From Candidatus Heimdallarchaeum aukensis (GTDB taxonomy: Archaea > Asgardarchaeota > Heimdallarchaeia > Heimdallarchaeales > Heimdallarchaeaceae), in assembly GCA_021513695.1 (NCBI GenBank), contig CP084166.1, forward strand, positions 2,272,001 through 2,336,000: a stretch of DNA of 64,000 nucleotides. The letters run 5' to 3'. Shown here one piece after another: positions 8,948 to 18,068 of this stretch. Both the position numbers and the translations under genes were made by a program. The notes under the pieces were generated by a model. It saw only the letters and a program-made list of their open reading frames with translations, was not told the DNA's origin and made no database searches. Position 1 is the first letter of the stretch. Each line of letters begins with the position of its first letter.

Positions 8948-10872
8948 TTTGTTTCACCTTTTTTGAGTTTGAGTTTTTTCTTTACTATAGCTAAAGAACC
9001 AGATGACATTTTATTCATGTCAACACCAGCAATAAGTGCACGAGCAGTGGCCAAAACACAACCTGAATTAACAATAAATATTTCATCAGATGGAAGAATA
9101 AATTCAGAAGCGTGATTACAACCAGGGGCGTAGATAGAACTACCTGTGATGGTCTCTGCAGCAAAATCTAAGTTGACGAGAGAGTAATCGAGAATCTCTT
9201 GAGCTGCTGCTGGCTGGAGAGAAAGAAAACCTGTACGGGAAAGATATGTGGCTATAAGTTTTTTTTCTCTGAATATCTGGATGTCTCTAGGATATTTACC
9301 ACGAGTGCGAATTGGAGAAGAAAAGAGAATATTACCTGAGCCAGGACCGTATTGGTAATCTGCCGTAGCAATGAGTTTGCGGAGAAAAGGAGATAGATTG
9401 TGAGATGAATTGGAGTCAGTAAGGTCCAAAGAAGAAAAAACTTCGCGTAGGGTTGAAGAAAGATTAGAAAGAGATGAAGAACTAGTTGGACGATCAGATA
9501 TGGAAGTATGATATACAGTCAAATTCAAAGAATTAGAAACACGTTCAACTATATCAGAGTAACCTTGACCATATGTGTGATTAATAAGAATAATGTTTTC
9601 TGGAAACTTAGAAAGAACATCAATGAGAAGAGACGAAGTGACAGCTATTTCTTCTTCTGACCAGAAACCTGAAACTGGTATATCATAAAAACGAGGAGGA
9701 TAAAGAGATTCGAGTTCACGAGGAACAACAGAAAGCGGAGAGGTAATTATTAACTCTGAAAGAAATGGTAAAAAGGATTTTCCTGCTTGACGGAGAGATT
9801 GAATAAAAAGTGAATGAGAGCGAGAAAGAGAATAAGGTTTTCTTGCAGAACAAGGAAAAAGAATTACAACTCGAGTTTGAGGAGATGGATTAAAGCGTTC
9901 TCGAACACGATGTCGGAAAAGTTCAACTTCAGGACGATTAAGCGATGAAGAGCTAGTACAAACTAAAGAAGTAGACTGTTGAGCTGGAAAGCGAGAAAGG
10001 AAGGTAGAGGAATAGTTACGGTCGAAGTAATTGAGAGTCGAAGAAAGAAGGGGTGAAGAATGAACATCGCGTTCTACTAAAGTACGAAGGTTATCAGACT
10101 CCAAAAAGAAACGGATTTGAGAAAGTTTGTTAGCCATGACTTGAAGATTGTGTCCTAGGATGTCGGGAGGAGAAGAGCGGCAGAAAGAACAATAACATTC
10201 TGGATGATTAGAAAGAGGATAAACAGAATCAGAAGTGAGGAAAAAACCTCGTTCTGAGAGATAGTAAGCAAGAGAATCGTCGAAAAAGTCTATACCTGAA
10301 TAGACAAGAAAAGAATAATAGGCGGGGGCAATTGGACCAGGAACATATAGAGCTATATCTGGAGAAAGTCGAGAGCGTAGAGAAACAAATAATTCAGAAA
10401 GTTTACGCTGATTGTTAAAGAGAGAAGAAAGACCAGTAAGAACAAAAAAAGAACAGTCAGTAGATAAAACATCTTCTAATAGAGGAGAATCGAAGAAAGT
10501 ATAAGGTAAAGTAAAAATTTGAGAATGAAGGTCTGGGAGAGATAGAAAAGAGGTAACATATTCAGAAAAAGATGATTCTGACAGAGTAGATGAAACAAAC
10601 GAAGGGTAAAATGGTTGAGATGAAAGTGTAAAAGAAGAAGAAAGAACTCGCTCGGAAAGGTGAGGTGGAAAAGACCATCGTAACTGGAAAGAAGAATCTA
10701 AGTCAGAAAAACGGGGAGGAAAAGAAGAATCAAAAAAACCTGAAAAGCCAAAATTAGAAGGTTTGTTACCAGAATTGAAAGAGAGAAGACCTGGTGCGAG
10801 GATATGAGAAGTACGAGTCTCAGCTAAAAGGCGAGAAAAACCAAAGGCAGAGAGAGGTTGAAAGAAACGCAA
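8944..10872 (-). CDS. arcS: Archaeosine synthase ArcS (TGT-fold, Zn site, PUA C-terminus)
   Basis: Exact ArcS signature PCX3KPYX2SX2H (FPCSARKPYSLSRSH). TGT-like GIDFFDDS and Zn motif CYCSFC…H. C-terminal PUA-like domain. Extremely S/F/L-rich because of the pyrimidine-rich coding strand. Confidence 0.75.
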   Translation of the reverse strand: MRFFQPLSAFGFSRLLAETRTSHILAPGLLSFNSGNKPSNFGFSGFFDSSFPPRFSDLDSSFQLRWSFPPHLSERVLSSSFTLSSQPFYPSFVSSTLSESSFSEYVTSFLSLPDLHSQIFTLPYTFFDSPLLEDVLSTDCSFFVLTGLSSLFNNQRKLSELFVSLRSRLSPDIALYVPGPIAPAYYSFLVYSGIDFFDDSLAYYLSERGFFLTSDSVYPLSNHPECYCSFCRSSPPDILGHNLQVMANKLSQIRFFLESDNLRTLVERDVHSSPLLSSTLNYFDRNYSSTFLSRFPAQQSTSLVCTSSSSLNRPEVELFRHRVRERFNPSPQTRVVILFPCSARKPYSLSRSHSLFIQSLRQAGKSFLPFLSELIITSPLSVVPRELESLYPPRFYDIPVSGFWSEEEIAVTSSLLIDVLSKFPENIILINHTYGQGYSDIVERVSNSLNLTVYHTSISDRPTSSSSLSNLSSTLREVFSSLDLTDSNSSHNLSPFLRKLIATADYQYGPGSGNILFSSPIRTRGKYPRDIQIFREKKLIATYLSRTGFLSLQPAAAQEILDYSLVNLDFAAETITGSSIYAPGCNHASEFILPSDEIFIVNSGCVLATARALIAGVDMNKMSSGSLAIVKKKLKLKKGETK

Positions 10873-11055
10873 AAATTACACCTAATAAAAGAAAATAAAA
10901 GAAGATTAAAAAGAATACGATTAGAAAGAAAAGAAAGACGGAACATTAGAAATAATTAAAACGATTTATATAAAATTTAAAATAAAAAAGGCTAATACTC
11001 TTGAGAAAAAATCAGTTGTATAATAAAAAAAGCAAAAGAAAAACTTTTCAAAAGT

Positions 11056-11096
11056 AACGAAAATTTTAAAACAGTTAAAAAAGTAGAAGTATCAGA
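11056..11096 (+). repeat. 41-bp exact direct repeat, copy 1; imperfect similarity continues to ~11120. Upstream element of tRNA-Lys(CUU)
   Basis: Identical to 11275-11315. Contains the A/T-rich ttttaaaa box. Confidence 0.8.
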
Positions 11097-11132
11097 AAAG
11101 CCTAAAACTTGCGAAAACGAGCGTTTTAGATG

Positions 11133-11209
11133 GGCCTCGTGGCTTAGTTAGGTAAAGCAACGGACTCTTAATCCGTCGATCAGGGGTTCAAATCCCCTCG
11201 AGGTCACCA
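11133..11209 (+). tRNA. tRNA-Lys (anticodon CUU), CCA encoded
   Basis: Manual cloverleaf: acceptor GGCCTCG/CGAGGTC, anticodon stem ACGGA/TCCGT, loop CTCTTAA, T-arm GGGGTTCAAATCCCC, discriminator A plus CCA. Confidence 0.85.
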
Positions 11210-11274
11210 ATTTTTTAGATTGTTCTTTTAAATAAGTTTGAATCCTCTACAATCCATTTTTGATTTTATTCTTA

Positions 11275-11315
11275 AACGAAAATTTTAAAACAGTTAAAAA
11301 AGTAGAAGTATCAGA
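11275..11315 (+). repeat. 41-bp exact direct repeat, copy 2. Upstream element of tRNA-Lys(UUU)
   Basis: Identical to 11056-11096. Following ~25 bp are ~80% similar to those after copy 1. Confidence 0.8.
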
Positions 11316-11347
11316 CATGCTTAAGACTTGAGAAAACAACATTCTCG

Positions 11348-11455
11348 GGGCTTGTAGCTCAGCTAGGTAGAGCAGCAGGCTTTTAAGCTTTCTGCGAGCC
11401 ATGCAAAAGCGCTGACACCTGTCGGCCATGGGTTCGAATCCCATCAAGCCCGCCA
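11348..11455 (+). tRNA. tRNA-Lys (anticodon UUU) with ~31-nt intron at canonical 37/38 position (about 11386-11416); CCA encoded
   Basis: Acceptor GGGCTTG/CAAGCCC, anticodon stem GCAGG/CCTGT, loop CTTTTA then intron, T-arm ATGGGTTCGAATCCCAT, discriminator G plus CCA. Confidence 0.8.
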
Positions 11456-11556
11456 AACTCTTTTTACCTTGTTTGAAAAGAAATCAAGAAGAGATACTAT
11501 AAAGTCAAAAATTTTTTTCAACATATTTTAATAATTTATTATTTTCTATATCTTGC

Positions 11557-12606
11557 ATGAAAACTACTCATGAAATTATATACTCCTCTTCTAGCTCTCT
11601 TCCTTCTATTCTTTCAAGTAGTGTTAATATTGTTGTCACTTCTCCCCCTTATCCAATGATTGAGATGTGGGATGAGCTTTTTTTTAATCTTAATCCTGAA
11701 ATCAAAACTTCTTTAACCTCTTATCCATCTTTAGCTTTTGAGCTTATGCATTTAGAGCTTGACAAAACTTGGAATGAAATTGATCGTCTTCTCAAACCTG
11801 GTTCGATTGTTTGCATAAACATTGGTGATGCAACGCGAAAGATTGATGGTAACTTTGCTCTTTATTCTAATAGTTCTCGAATAATCAGAAAATTTCTTGA
11901 ATTGGGCTATTTTTGTTTACCTTCTATTCTGTGGCGCAAACAAACTAACTCTCCCACCAAATTTATGGGGTCAGGCATGCTTCCTCCCGGTGCCTATGTA
12001 ACTTTAGAACATGAGCACATCTTGCTTTTCCGTAAAGGTTCTAAGCGAGAGTTTAATTCTTCCGAATCTAAATTGAATCGTCGTCGTAGCGCTTATTTTT
12101 GGGAAGAACGTAACCTTTGGTTTTCTGATATTTGGGAGTTTAAAGGCGTAAGTCAAAAACTAAATTCTGAAGTTTTGCGCTCTCGTAGTGCTGCATATCC
12201 TTTTGAGTTAGCTTTTCGCCTTATTAACATGTTTTCAGTTCAAGGTGATACAGTTCTTGATCCTTTTTTAGGTACGGGAACAACTACTCTAGCAGCTATT
12301 ACTTCATGTCGTAACAGTATTGGTGTAGAAATTGATAAAAATTTCAAGGCTATTATTCTCGAAAGCATAAGAAAGGTAAAAGATTTTGCAAATGGTTATA
12401 TTGATAATCGTTTGCAGGCACATCTGGCTTTTGTTAAACAAAAAGAAGAAACACATTCCTTTAAGCATCGTAACTCTATTTATGGTTTTCCTGTTATGAC
12501 TGCACAAGAAACTGATCTTTACTTTCCTAAAATTAAAAATGTTAAAATAAAAGATGAATCGCTTTTCGAAATTATTTATAAAAATAAAGAAAAGATTTAT
12601 TCGTAA
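11557..12606 (+). CDS. Beta-class DNA methyltransferase (N4-cytosine or N6-adenine), orphan
   Basis: Motif IV VVTSPPYP near N-terminus, motif I DPFLGTGTT near C-terminus (beta circular permutation). No adjacent restriction endonuclease candidate. Confidence 0.65.
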   Translation: MKTTHEIIYSSSSSLPSILSSSVNIVVTSPPYPMIEMWDELFFNLNPEIKTSLTSYPSLAFELMHLELDKTWNEIDRLLKPGSIVCINIGDATRKIDGNFALYSNSSRIIRKFLELGYFCLPSILWRKQTNSPTKFMGSGMLPPGAYVTLEHEHILLFRKGSKREFNSSESKLNRRRSAYFWEERNLWFSDIWEFKGVSQKLNSEVLRSRSAAYPFELAFRLINMFSVQGDTVLDPFLGTGTTTLAAITSCRNSIGVEIDKNFKAIILESIRKVKDFANGYIDNRLQAHLAFVKQKEETHSFKHRNSIYGFPVMTAQETDLYFPKIKNVKIKDESLFEIIYKNKEKIYS

Positions 12607-13376
12607 AAATCATCTCTTGTTCCAAACTCTCTTTCTATTGCAGCGATTAGTGTTTCTATATTATGCATAGTTGTCGCGCTTATTGGAAACAGTTCACCTG
12701 TGTTTCTAAATTGTTCTATAGTTTGTATTATGTTCAATCCTAGTTGTTTTGATAATGATATTGTTTGTCCTCTTTCTATTTCTATTCCTATTGTTTCTGG
12801 TTCTTCTATCCATCTTTCTAATCTTTCTTTGTGATCTTTTTTTATTAAATCTGCTTTTGAAATTACGGGTATTTGAGGGAGTTCTAATTGGAATTCTACT
12901 GATAGGCTTAGTAATAATATGCTTGCTAAACCTTCAGGTTTTAGTACTAATGATGGATCTATTAGGAACACCGATACAGGTTCTCTGTTTTCTTTTAACA
13001 TATTAGCGATAAACTTTCCACTGCTTCTATATGCAAATAATTCTATTTGTCCTGGTGTGTCTACGATTAAATATTGAGGGTCAACGTACTCCACTTCTGA
13101 CATCAAATCATGTATTTTAGTTGCTATTAGGTCCATACTGGCTATCATCGCCCCATTTGGACCTAGGTTGTATTCGTTTACTATTTCATTTATGTCTACT
13201 ATATCTCTTACATCTATCGCAGGAGCGTAAGGTATTGTTCTTACACCCGCATCTAAGTTAAGTATACCTACATCTAACTTCTTTTCCGAGAACCAATCAA
13301 ATAATGTCCTTGTCAGAAAAGTTTTTCCTGCTCCCGCAGTTCCAAGTAGGTAAATTATGTATTTTCTATCTGGCAC
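12597..13376 (-). CDS. GPN-loop GTPase (XAB1/Gpn family)
   Basis: Walker A GTAGAGKT, signature GPNGAM loop, DTPGQIE, ISKADL. Confidence 0.8.
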   Translation of the reverse strand: MPDRKYIIYLLGTAGAGKTFLTRTLFDWFSEKKLDVGILNLDAGVRTIPYAPAIDVRDIVDINEIVNEYNLGPNGAMIASMDLIATKIHDLMSEVEYVDPQYLIVDTPGQIELFAYRSSGKFIANMLKENREPVSVFLIDPSLVLKPEGLASILLLSLSVEFQLELPQIPVISKADLIKKDHKERLERWIEEPETIGIEIERGQTISLSKQLGLNIIQTIEQFRNTGELFPISATTMHNIETLIAAIEREFGTRDDFYE

Positions 13377-13379
13377 TTT

Positions 13380-14165
13380 TTATTCTCCTATTTCTGTTAT
13401 CTTTATTTTGGGTTGATTCTCTTTTATTTTATCCATCAAAAACCTTTTTGCTTTTGCGACTATTTTTTCTCCTTCTTCTCCAGAATATGAAAAATGAATT
13501 GTTATTCCTTTTCTTTCTCCAAATTGAGGATGAGATTTAACATACAGTTTTTTAAATTTCTTCTTTGTTTGATTAATATAAGGTGCTATCTCACTTTCTC
13601 TACAGTTTTCTATCAGTATTTTACATTCTGTTATGCGGGTTTTTATTTTAGACGATAGGTAAGGGTGAATAGCCGTTGTGTATATAGATTTCACCTCCGT
13701 TGGGACACCAGGCAAACAGAATATCTCTGTTTTCTTATATTTTATTAAACATCCTGGCGCTGCTCCCGCACTGTTGTTTAGTATTTTTCCTCCTTCAGGT
13801 ATCATTGCCATCTTTCTTCTCTCTTCACTCATTTCTAATCCATACTTTTCATAATGCTCTTTTATTAACTCTAAGGCTTCTTTATTTTCTATAAGTCTCT
13901 TTCCTGTTACTCTTGATATAACTTCCATTTGTATATCATCATATGTTGGACCCAATCCACCTGTGACAATCAATATTTCTGGTTCTCTCTCTATGACTTC
14001 TTTAATGCACTCGCTTGCTTGTTCTAGATCATCCCTTACACTAGTTATTCTTCTTACTTCTATTCCTAATCTGGTTAGCTGTTCTCCAAGGTAAGTTGCG
14101 TTTGTATTAACAGTAATTCCCATTAGCAGTTCGTTTCCTAAACAAACAATCTCCGCTGTAACCAT
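13380..14165 (-). CDS. CinA-like molybdopterin-binding (MoCF-biosynthesis) domain protein
   Basis: N-terminal AEIVCLGNELLMG…VTGGLGPTYDDI is typical of the CinA/MoaB-fold N-domain. Confidence 0.55.
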   Translation of the reverse strand: MVTAEIVCLGNELLMGITVNTNATYLGEQLTRLGIEVRRITSVRDDLEQASECIKEVIEREPEILIVTGGLGPTYDDIQMEVISRVTGKRLIENKEALELIKEHYEKYGLEMSEERRKMAMIPEGGKILNNSAGAAPGCLIKYKKTEIFCLPGVPTEVKSIYTTAIHPYLSSKIKTRITECKILIENCRESEIAPYINQTKKKFKKLYVKSHPQFGERKGITIHFSYSGEEGEKIVAKAKRFLMDKIKENQPKIKITEIGE

Positions 14166-14195
14166 TTTTTTTCCTTCTTTACATTTTTCTAATTA

Positions 14196-15272
14196 TTATT
14201 TTGATCTGTTTACTCCCATTTTTGCTATTTCTATGAGATATTCTTTATACTTCTTTTCAAATGCAGGCTCTGCTTTTTCAATAAACAATTTACATGTTGA
14301 GAATAATTCTTCTGCTTTTGCTTTAGCATAATCTAAAGCTCCTGTTTCTCTCATAATGTCTTTTATTTCTTCTATTTCTTCTTTTGTTGCATTTCTTTTC
14401 CCAATTACTTGTTTGAGTTTGTCTTTTTCTTTGTCATTCGCATTTTCTATTGTCTTTATTAGTAAAATTGTTTTTTTTCCTTCTTTAATATCGCTATCTA
14501 CTGGTTTTCCTGTTTTCATTTCATCTCCAAACGTACCAATGATGTCATCTACAATCTGGAAAGCTATTCCCATATTTCTTGCATAGGATGACAAAGCTTT
14601 AAGTTGCGTTTCTTCTGCTTCTGCATAAATTGCTCCCATTTTTGTTGCTTTTTCAAATAACGCTGCTGTTTTTCCATTTATCATTTCAAAATATTGCTTT
14701 TCTGTTACTTCAAATCTCCCTTGCATGTCTGTTTCATAGATGACCCCTTTTACAACTTCCATAAATCCCTTATTAAATTCTGAAGCTGCTTTTATCATTA
14801 TATCTGGTTTGAAATCTACTCTGTTTAGTGCTTTGTATGCTAAATTATAAACAAAATCTCCCCCTAGTATCCCCATGGCTAGGCCATAATCTTCAGGTTG
14901 AACATTCTTTTTGGGATAATTTTGCTTTGAATAATCTCTTAAAACTACATGAAAAGCTTTTTTTCCTCTTCTTGTTTCAGCAAAATCCATTATGTCATCA
15001 TGAATTAAACTAGCATTATGAAGAAGCTCTATCGATAATGAAGCAGGATAAATGGATTCATTGAAGTTAGTGTTTAAACAAGCTTCATAGGAAAGTAACA
15101 TAAGTACTGGTCTTATCCTTTTTCCTCCTGAAAATAGAAAATTATTAACTTCTTGAACATAATATTCTAAAAAAGGATTGTCCTTACATGCAGCAATTTC
15201 TTCGTTTATAAACTGTGTAAGTGCAATATTTACTTGTTCCATTTTTTTAGTGTAGAAACCTTTGAAATTCAT
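14196..15272 (-). CDS. idsA: Polyprenyl (geranylgeranyl) diphosphate synthase
   Basis: FARM LIHDDIMDFAETRRGK and SARM IVDDIIGTFGDE (two DDxxD motifs). Confidence 0.8.
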   Translation of the reverse strand: MNFKGFYTKKMEQVNIALTQFINEEIAACKDNPFLEYYVQEVNNFLFSGGKRIRPVLMLLSYEACLNTNFNESIYPASLSIELLHNASLIHDDIMDFAETRRGKKAFHVVLRDYSKQNYPKKNVQPEDYGLAMGILGGDFVYNLAYKALNRVDFKPDIMIKAASEFNKGFMEVVKGVIYETDMQGRFEVTEKQYFEMINGKTAALFEKATKMGAIYAEAEETQLKALSSYARNMGIAFQIVDDIIGTFGDEMKTGKPVDSDIKEGKKTILLIKTIENANDKEKDKLKQVIGKRNATKEEIEEIKDIMRETGALDYAKAKAEELFSTCKLFIEKAEPAFEKKYKEYLIEIAKMGVNRSK

Positions 15273-15420
15273 TAACTATCCCTTGATATTTTGAGAGAAA
15301 GGTAATATTATTAATTTTTTTCTAAGAATTTATCCTTATCTGTATTTTCCATTTTTTTAAATTAAAAAATCCTTTATCCCAATTTATTTAAACTCTCTTT
15401 CCTTCCTTTATAAGAATAAT

Positions 15421-16050
15421 ATGCATTCCTATTTAAAAAAATTTCAAGAAGTTGCACAATCAATTGAAACAGAACTTAATAAAAAATCAACTTTAAAGGA
15501 AAAGTTGCTAAAGTTATCTCGTGATCTAGTAAAAACTTCTGGAAAAGTTATTTCAAATGTCCATTCAAAAAGAGTAAACGAAGCAGAACAGTTGCTCTCT
15601 ACTGCTATGTCACTTCACTCTCAGATCTGTGAGTTACTTTCTCAAGATCCGTCTTTTACAGATTCAGGATATATTTTAACAGCTTTACAAGAGTTTACTG
15701 AAGCCCACATTTTCTTCTCTTTGATTTCTAATTCTCCAATTCACTCTCCAACAGAGTTAAATGTAACTGATCAAGCTTACTTGTTAGGAATTGCAGATGT
15801 TATTGGAGAACTTCGGAGGCATATTCTTGAGATATTAATAAATGATAATATTGAGGAAGCAAAGAGGTTTTTTCAATTAATGAAAGACTTGTATGATATT
15901 TTCTTACAAATAGAAATCGACAAATCTTTGATCAGTGACTTTAGAAGAAAGCGGGACATGGCTAGAGTTTTGATAGAAAAAACTCTCTCCGATTTGTTTA
16001 TTGCAATTCAAAGTAAAAGATTAGAACTAAAAATGAAAGACTTAAGCTAA
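15421..16050 (+). CDS. Translin-like protein
   Basis: C-terminal region (YLLGIADVIGELRRHI … DIFLQIEIDKSLISDFRRKRDMARVLIEKTLSDL) resembles translin helical blocks. Homology judged by eye only. Confidence 0.45.
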   Translation: MHSYLKKFQEVAQSIETELNKKSTLKEKLLKLSRDLVKTSGKVISNVHSKRVNEAEQLLSTAMSLHSQICELLSQDPSFTDSGYILTALQEFTEAHIFFSLISNSPIHSPTELNVTDQAYLLGIADVIGELRRHILEILINDNIEEAKRFFQLMKDLYDIFLQIEIDKSLISDFRRKRDMARVLIEKTLSDLFIAIQSKRLELKMKDLS

Positions 16051-17423
16051 TCTCTTGTAATAATTAATACTCCCACATCCATTACGTTTGTACCAGTGTA
16101 TCCCGTGATTATTTCTCCATGGAATTTATGGAAAAAACTATTCGTATCATGCTTTTTTAAACTCTTTTTTGCCTCTTTTTTTCTTAGTCTGTTACTAATT
16201 GTAAACGGCCCTACAATTGCTCCAGCTGCCTCAGAATTTCCGTCAATACCATCAGTTCCAAATTCAATAAGATATGCTTTTTTATTCTTTCCTAGCTTTA
16301 ATACAAAAGACAGAGCTAACTCTTGATTTCTTCCGCCTTTTCCAATATTTTCTGTATTTTTAGGAAGTTCTACTGTGGTTTCTCCACCCCACAAAAAAAC
16401 TCTCTCTCGTGGATTTTTTTTCACATATTTTTTAGCTATCCACTTACCTATTTTTGCAGCCTTTCCTTCAATGTTGTATGAAATTATTTCTCCATCGATA
16501 TTGTTTTGCTCTAAAATGTTTTCTCTTAAATGGTTTAGAACTACTTGGTTGCTACCGATTAATACATTATTTACTTTACGGAATTTTTCTCTATCTTTCG
16601 GAGTTTCATAATTTTTTTGTTTATGTCTATCTTGTAGTATCTCTTTTACTTCTATTGGTAATTTCTTTTCAATTTTGTATTTTCTAATTATTCTTTTACA
16701 GTCTTCCCATGTTGTTGTATCCATAACCGTAGGACCTGAAGATATGTTTGTTGGGTCATTCCCTGGTACATCAGAGATAATAAATGAATAGATATTTGCA
16801 GATGTATAGTTAACTATTTTTCCCCCTTTGATTTGAGAAAAGTGTTTTCTTACAGTATTTATTTCATGTATTGTGGCACCACTTGATAATAAAAGTTTCA
16901 TTAACTTTACATAACTATCCATTTTGATTATTGGTAGTTCAAATAGAGATGATCCTCCTCCTGAGATGAGGAAAATGCAAACATCTTGTTCTTTTAATTT
17001 TGACAGTATTTCGATTGTTTTTTTGGCAGCTTTTATACTTTCATCATTTGGTATAGGATGTCCTCCCCTAAAAAAATGACAATTTGGGATATTTTTTATT
17101 TTATCACTTGGTTCATCAGGAGAAGAAATAAGTATCTGATTAAAGGAATAGGGGGCATTTGTTATAAACCAATTAGCCATTGTCTGTGCTGCTTTTCCAA
17201 ATGAAATTAAGTAAAAATTTGCATTTTTGTCAAATACAAATTTCTCTTTTTTGCATATCAAGCTATTTTCTTCAAATTTTATATTTCTATTCAAAAAAGA
17301 ACTCGGTTGTGCAAAATTTATAGCTTCTTCTGCTGTATCTAATAGAAGTTTTACATATTTTCTTTCCTTCTCATCTGAGATTTTTGATAGAATTTCTCTC
17401 TTATTTTTAATCCATTCACTCAT
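16047..17423 (-). CDS. Glycerate 2-kinase, MOFRL family
   Basis: N-terminal DUF4147-like region plus C-terminal MOFRL blocks (GGGSSLFELP, ISSGPTVMD, GGRNQELALSF, GTDGIDGNSEAAGAIVGP). Confidence 0.65.
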   Translation of the reverse strand: MSEWIKNKREILSKISDEKERKYVKLLLDTAEEAINFAQPSSFLNRNIKFEENSLICKKEKFVFDKNANFYLISFGKAAQTMANWFITNAPYSFNQILISSPDEPSDKIKNIPNCHFFRGGHPIPNDESIKAAKKTIEILSKLKEQDVCIFLISGGGSSLFELPIIKMDSYVKLMKLLLSSGATIHEINTVRKHFSQIKGGKIVNYTSANIYSFIISDVPGNDPTNISSGPTVMDTTTWEDCKRIIRKYKIEKKLPIEVKEILQDRHKQKNYETPKDREKFRKVNNVLIGSNQVVLNHLRENILEQNNIDGEIISYNIEGKAAKIGKWIAKKYVKKNPRERVFLWGGETTVELPKNTENIGKGGRNQELALSFVLKLGKNKKAYLIEFGTDGIDGNSEAAGAIVGPFTISNRLRKKEAKKSLKKHDTNSFFHKFHGEIITGYTGTNVMDVGVLIITRD

Positions 17424-17426
17424 TCT

Positions 17427-18062
17427 TTACATCCTGATGTTCTTTTGGATAATTTCTTGCATAATTTTTGAGGTTGATTTTCCTGGAACATATTGATTTA
17501 ATCTGATTATCTTTATATGTTCTAATCTATTCTCTTTTAATCTATTCTTTAGATCTTCTTCATTGAATTTTTGGTCATAACCTAAAGCTATAATATCTGG
17601 CATTATCTGCTTTACTGTTAAAATGAAATCTTCTTCATTTCCAATAACTGCCACATCTACATCTTTTATGTGGGCTATTACTTGTGCTCGATCCTTTTGC
17701 GAATTTGTTGGTTCGCGTTTTTTTAATTTCCTAACATTATTATCTGTAGTTATAACTACAACAAGCACATCCCCTAGTAACTTTGCCTGTTTAAGGGTAA
17801 AAATATGCCCAATGTGAATGAGGTCAAATACTCCCCCAGTCATAACTACTGAAATTTGTTTCCTCCCAAATTCTGTCAACGATAAATCATTTTCGTCTTG
17901 TCTTGCCAAAGAACCATTTCTTATTAATTCGTTAACAGTTTCTTGGATAATCTCTACAGGCAGTTCTAATCTTCGAGCAAGGTTTATACTATTCGTCTTT
18001 CTTTTTACTAATATGTCACAATAAGCATGTCTTAGAATCAAATTATCAATTGAGCCTGTCAT
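17427..18062 (-). CDS. ribL: FAD synthase RibL-like nucleotidyltransferase fused to an N-terminal winged-HTH domain
   Basis: VMTGGVFDLIHIGHIFTLKQAKLLGDVLVVVITTDNNV matches the archaeal RibL (H/T)xGH cytidylyltransferase fold. ~70-aa N-terminal HTH extension. Confidence 0.6.
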   Translation of the reverse strand: MTGSIDNLILRHAYCDILVKRKTNSINLARRLELPVEIIQETVNELIRNGSLARQDENDLSLTEFGRKQISVVMTGGVFDLIHIGHIFTLKQAKLLGDVLVVVITTDNNVRKLKKREPTNSQKDRAQVIAHIKDVDVAVIGNEEDFILTVKQIMPDIIALGYDQKFNEEDLKNRLKENRLEHIKIIRLNQYVPGKSTSKIMQEIIQKNIRM

Positions 18063-18068
18063 CTTTTA

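Noticed and set aside
8944-10872. Reading the S/F/L-rich 642-aa ORF as a translated simple-sequence artefact
   Set aside because: Despite extreme composition it retains the exact ArcS PCX3KPYX2SX2H motif, a TGT-type GIDxFD block, a CxCxxC…H zinc site and a PUA-like C-terminus. It is therefore a real gene with strong codon bias.
11247-11456. 69-aa minus-strand ORF
   Set aside because: Overlaps the intron-containing tRNA-Lys(UUU) gene and its promoter repeat. Spurious.
12749-13006. 85-aa plus-strand ORF (poly-Leu/Phe)
   Set aside because: Antisense to the GPN-loop GTPase gene.
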